A stretch of DNA of 63,262 bases, filler included, from Rhabdomonas costata (lineage: Eukaryota): the NCBI GenBank assembly GCA_019059605.1. It is 42 parts of 42 records of this genome, joined end to end, with 100 filler letters (N's around TTAATTAATTAA, not from the genome) between each part and the next. Parts side by side here need not be neighbours in the genome. Positions count along the whole stretch, not along the records: positions 61,855 to 63,262 come from JAHMHO010016823.1; 41 more parts are not named here. One strand, given 5' to 3'. This document shows, one piece after another, positions 61,999 to 63,262 of the stretch; position 1 is the stretch's first letter, and the number at the start of each line of letters is the position of its first letter. Below the pieces are notes generated by a model that had not been told where the DNA came from, ran no database searches, and saw only the letters and a list, made by a program, of their open reading frames with translations. The position numbers and the translations under genes were made by a program.

Positions 61999-62368
61999 TG
62001 TGATGGCTATGGCTTGAAGGCCTACAGATCAAATCTGGAGGATATGGGCTACAAACACGATTTACGTCAAGCAAGGTGACGGTAAATTTGTTAAGAAAAA
62101 ATCCGTTCGTATCACCCGGTCTGTCTCTACGTTGGGGAAAGTGCACACTAATACAATTGATGGGTGTTGGGGTTCCTTCAAGAACGCTATGAGGGGGATG
62201 AAGTCCAGGCGAGAGCACCAGCCCTTGTTCTTCGCGGAGTTTATGTGGAGGCACAACGCTACAGTTTTGAATCCATCTCGCTGCCTTTTCGAGCAGATTT
62301 TAGCTCTTCTGGGGTTGTATTCTGACAACAAGACTCTTATTGACGCTCTAAACAGTCTTTCGTGCTAG
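61999..62368 (+). mobile_element. Decayed Merlin / IS1595(ISXO2)-type DDE transposase C-terminus
   Basis: DG..LKAYR.NLEDMGYKH...FV...KVHTNTIDGCWGSFK...FFAEFMWRHN matches the IS1595-family DG..AY..L...GY.H / HTN.IEG.W..K / EF.WR.N pattern. Contains frameshifts. Confidence 0.88.
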
Positions 62369-63262
62369 ATTTTGTGGCCTTCTGCTCCTCCTCCTGCCTT
62401 ACAAACACCCTACCATTCCCCGGTACACTTTGGAACTTGTGCCGATTATTCTATTCCGGATTACTTTTTCACATTTTGGGTCACCGCAAGACTCTGTCGT
62501 CGCGAGCATTCATAGGTTGTCATCTGACATCTTCTCCTCGTCTTTTGCTGTTCGTTGTAGTTCTTCTTGATGTCAGTCGCTTGTCTAGCGGAGGTATGGA
62601 GGTAATGGTGATGACTTAACCGCCACCACCCTGTCATGCAGCACGAGGGAGGGCGGAGGTTATCCTCCTCCATGGTTTTCGTCATTCACCTGCCATATCC
62701 AACGACGCAACGACGGCAAGGCGACGCAAGAAATCCCGAGAGATAAACAACAAAGTGAACAGGGTGACAAGCACCCCCACACCAGAATACAGGAGCCATA
62801 CCGCAAAGCAGGAACACAGAATTCAAAGAAATCTGCACCTGCGTTGCGATTACCCACCGGAAGATCGCGGGAAGTGGGGCGGAACAAAGTCGGATACGCC
62901 CGACGCAAAGCCGTGCAGCTGAAACCCAAAGTTGTTTTTTCTTGGTGGGCCGGATGAAGATAAAAAAACGCGGTTATAAAACGGAGTAAAAAAACATAAC
63001 ACGGCGAATAAATCTCACAATCATACCACATACCGAACCCATCGCCCCCCACCCTTTAGCCCCACGCAAGCCTTAGACTACAAGTCCGAGAGTTCGGACA
63101 CCCTTCAAGTTCAAAGCTGTGGTTTCTGGAAGACCACCCTCAGGGACTTCATGTCTTCCTCCAGGAACTGCTTCACCGCAGGAAGGCCGAGCACCCTCTG
63201 GTAGAACGCCCTCACACCCGAGTACTTCGCTATGAACCCAACCCACCAACCACACCCAACAC

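Noticed and set aside
63236-63262. A/C-only 3' tails and G/T-only 5' heads on many contigs as telomeres or nanochromosome ends
   Set aside because: No fixed repeat unit, polarity is opposite to telomeres (the G-rich strand should be 3'), and contigs cut through genes. This fits untrimmed low-complexity tails from single-strand library preparation.

Overview
This window is not a continuous locus. It is 42 separate short contigs (almost all 1,404-1,409 bp, one 1,426 bp, apparently length-sorted) joined by 41 identical artificial 100-nt spacers (N44-TTAATTAATTAA-N44, stops in all six frames), so adjacency across spacers means nothing. The DNA is eukaryotic nuclear: short spliceosomal introns with polypyrimidine tracts and microsatellites. 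It looks like a protist; euglenozoan-like features are suggestive but unproven. Recognisable gene fragments are a dual-specificity phosphatase, a Cys-rich/CCP-like surface protein, a prokaryote-type class II HMG-CoA reductase with introns, a DEDD/DnaQ-like (Maelstrom/Polinton-like) nuclease, a bacterial YecH/DUF2492-like metal-binding protein missed by the ORF track, a DNAJC21/Jjj1-like zinc finger, DGAT2, a HECT ligase, a TBC Rab-GAP, kelch, dCache, Hsp70-lid, FHA and TPR-like exons, and a degenerate hybrid histidine kinase. Transposon relics include Ty3/gypsy, Ty1/copia, Merlin/IS1595 and probably MULE, plus several unnamed dispersed repeat families. Many contig ends carry library artefacts (fold-back inversions, G/T-only 5' heads, A/C-only 3' tails). 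No rRNA, convincing tRNA or CRISPR array was found. No complete novel multi-gene system can be shown in 1.4-kb fragments. The best leads are the eukaryote-embedded YecH-like gene, the intron-bearing class II HMGR, the DEDD nuclease, a possible excess of GC-AG introns and a 1,250-bp tandem or circular unit. All family calls come from motif recognition by eye, not database searches.
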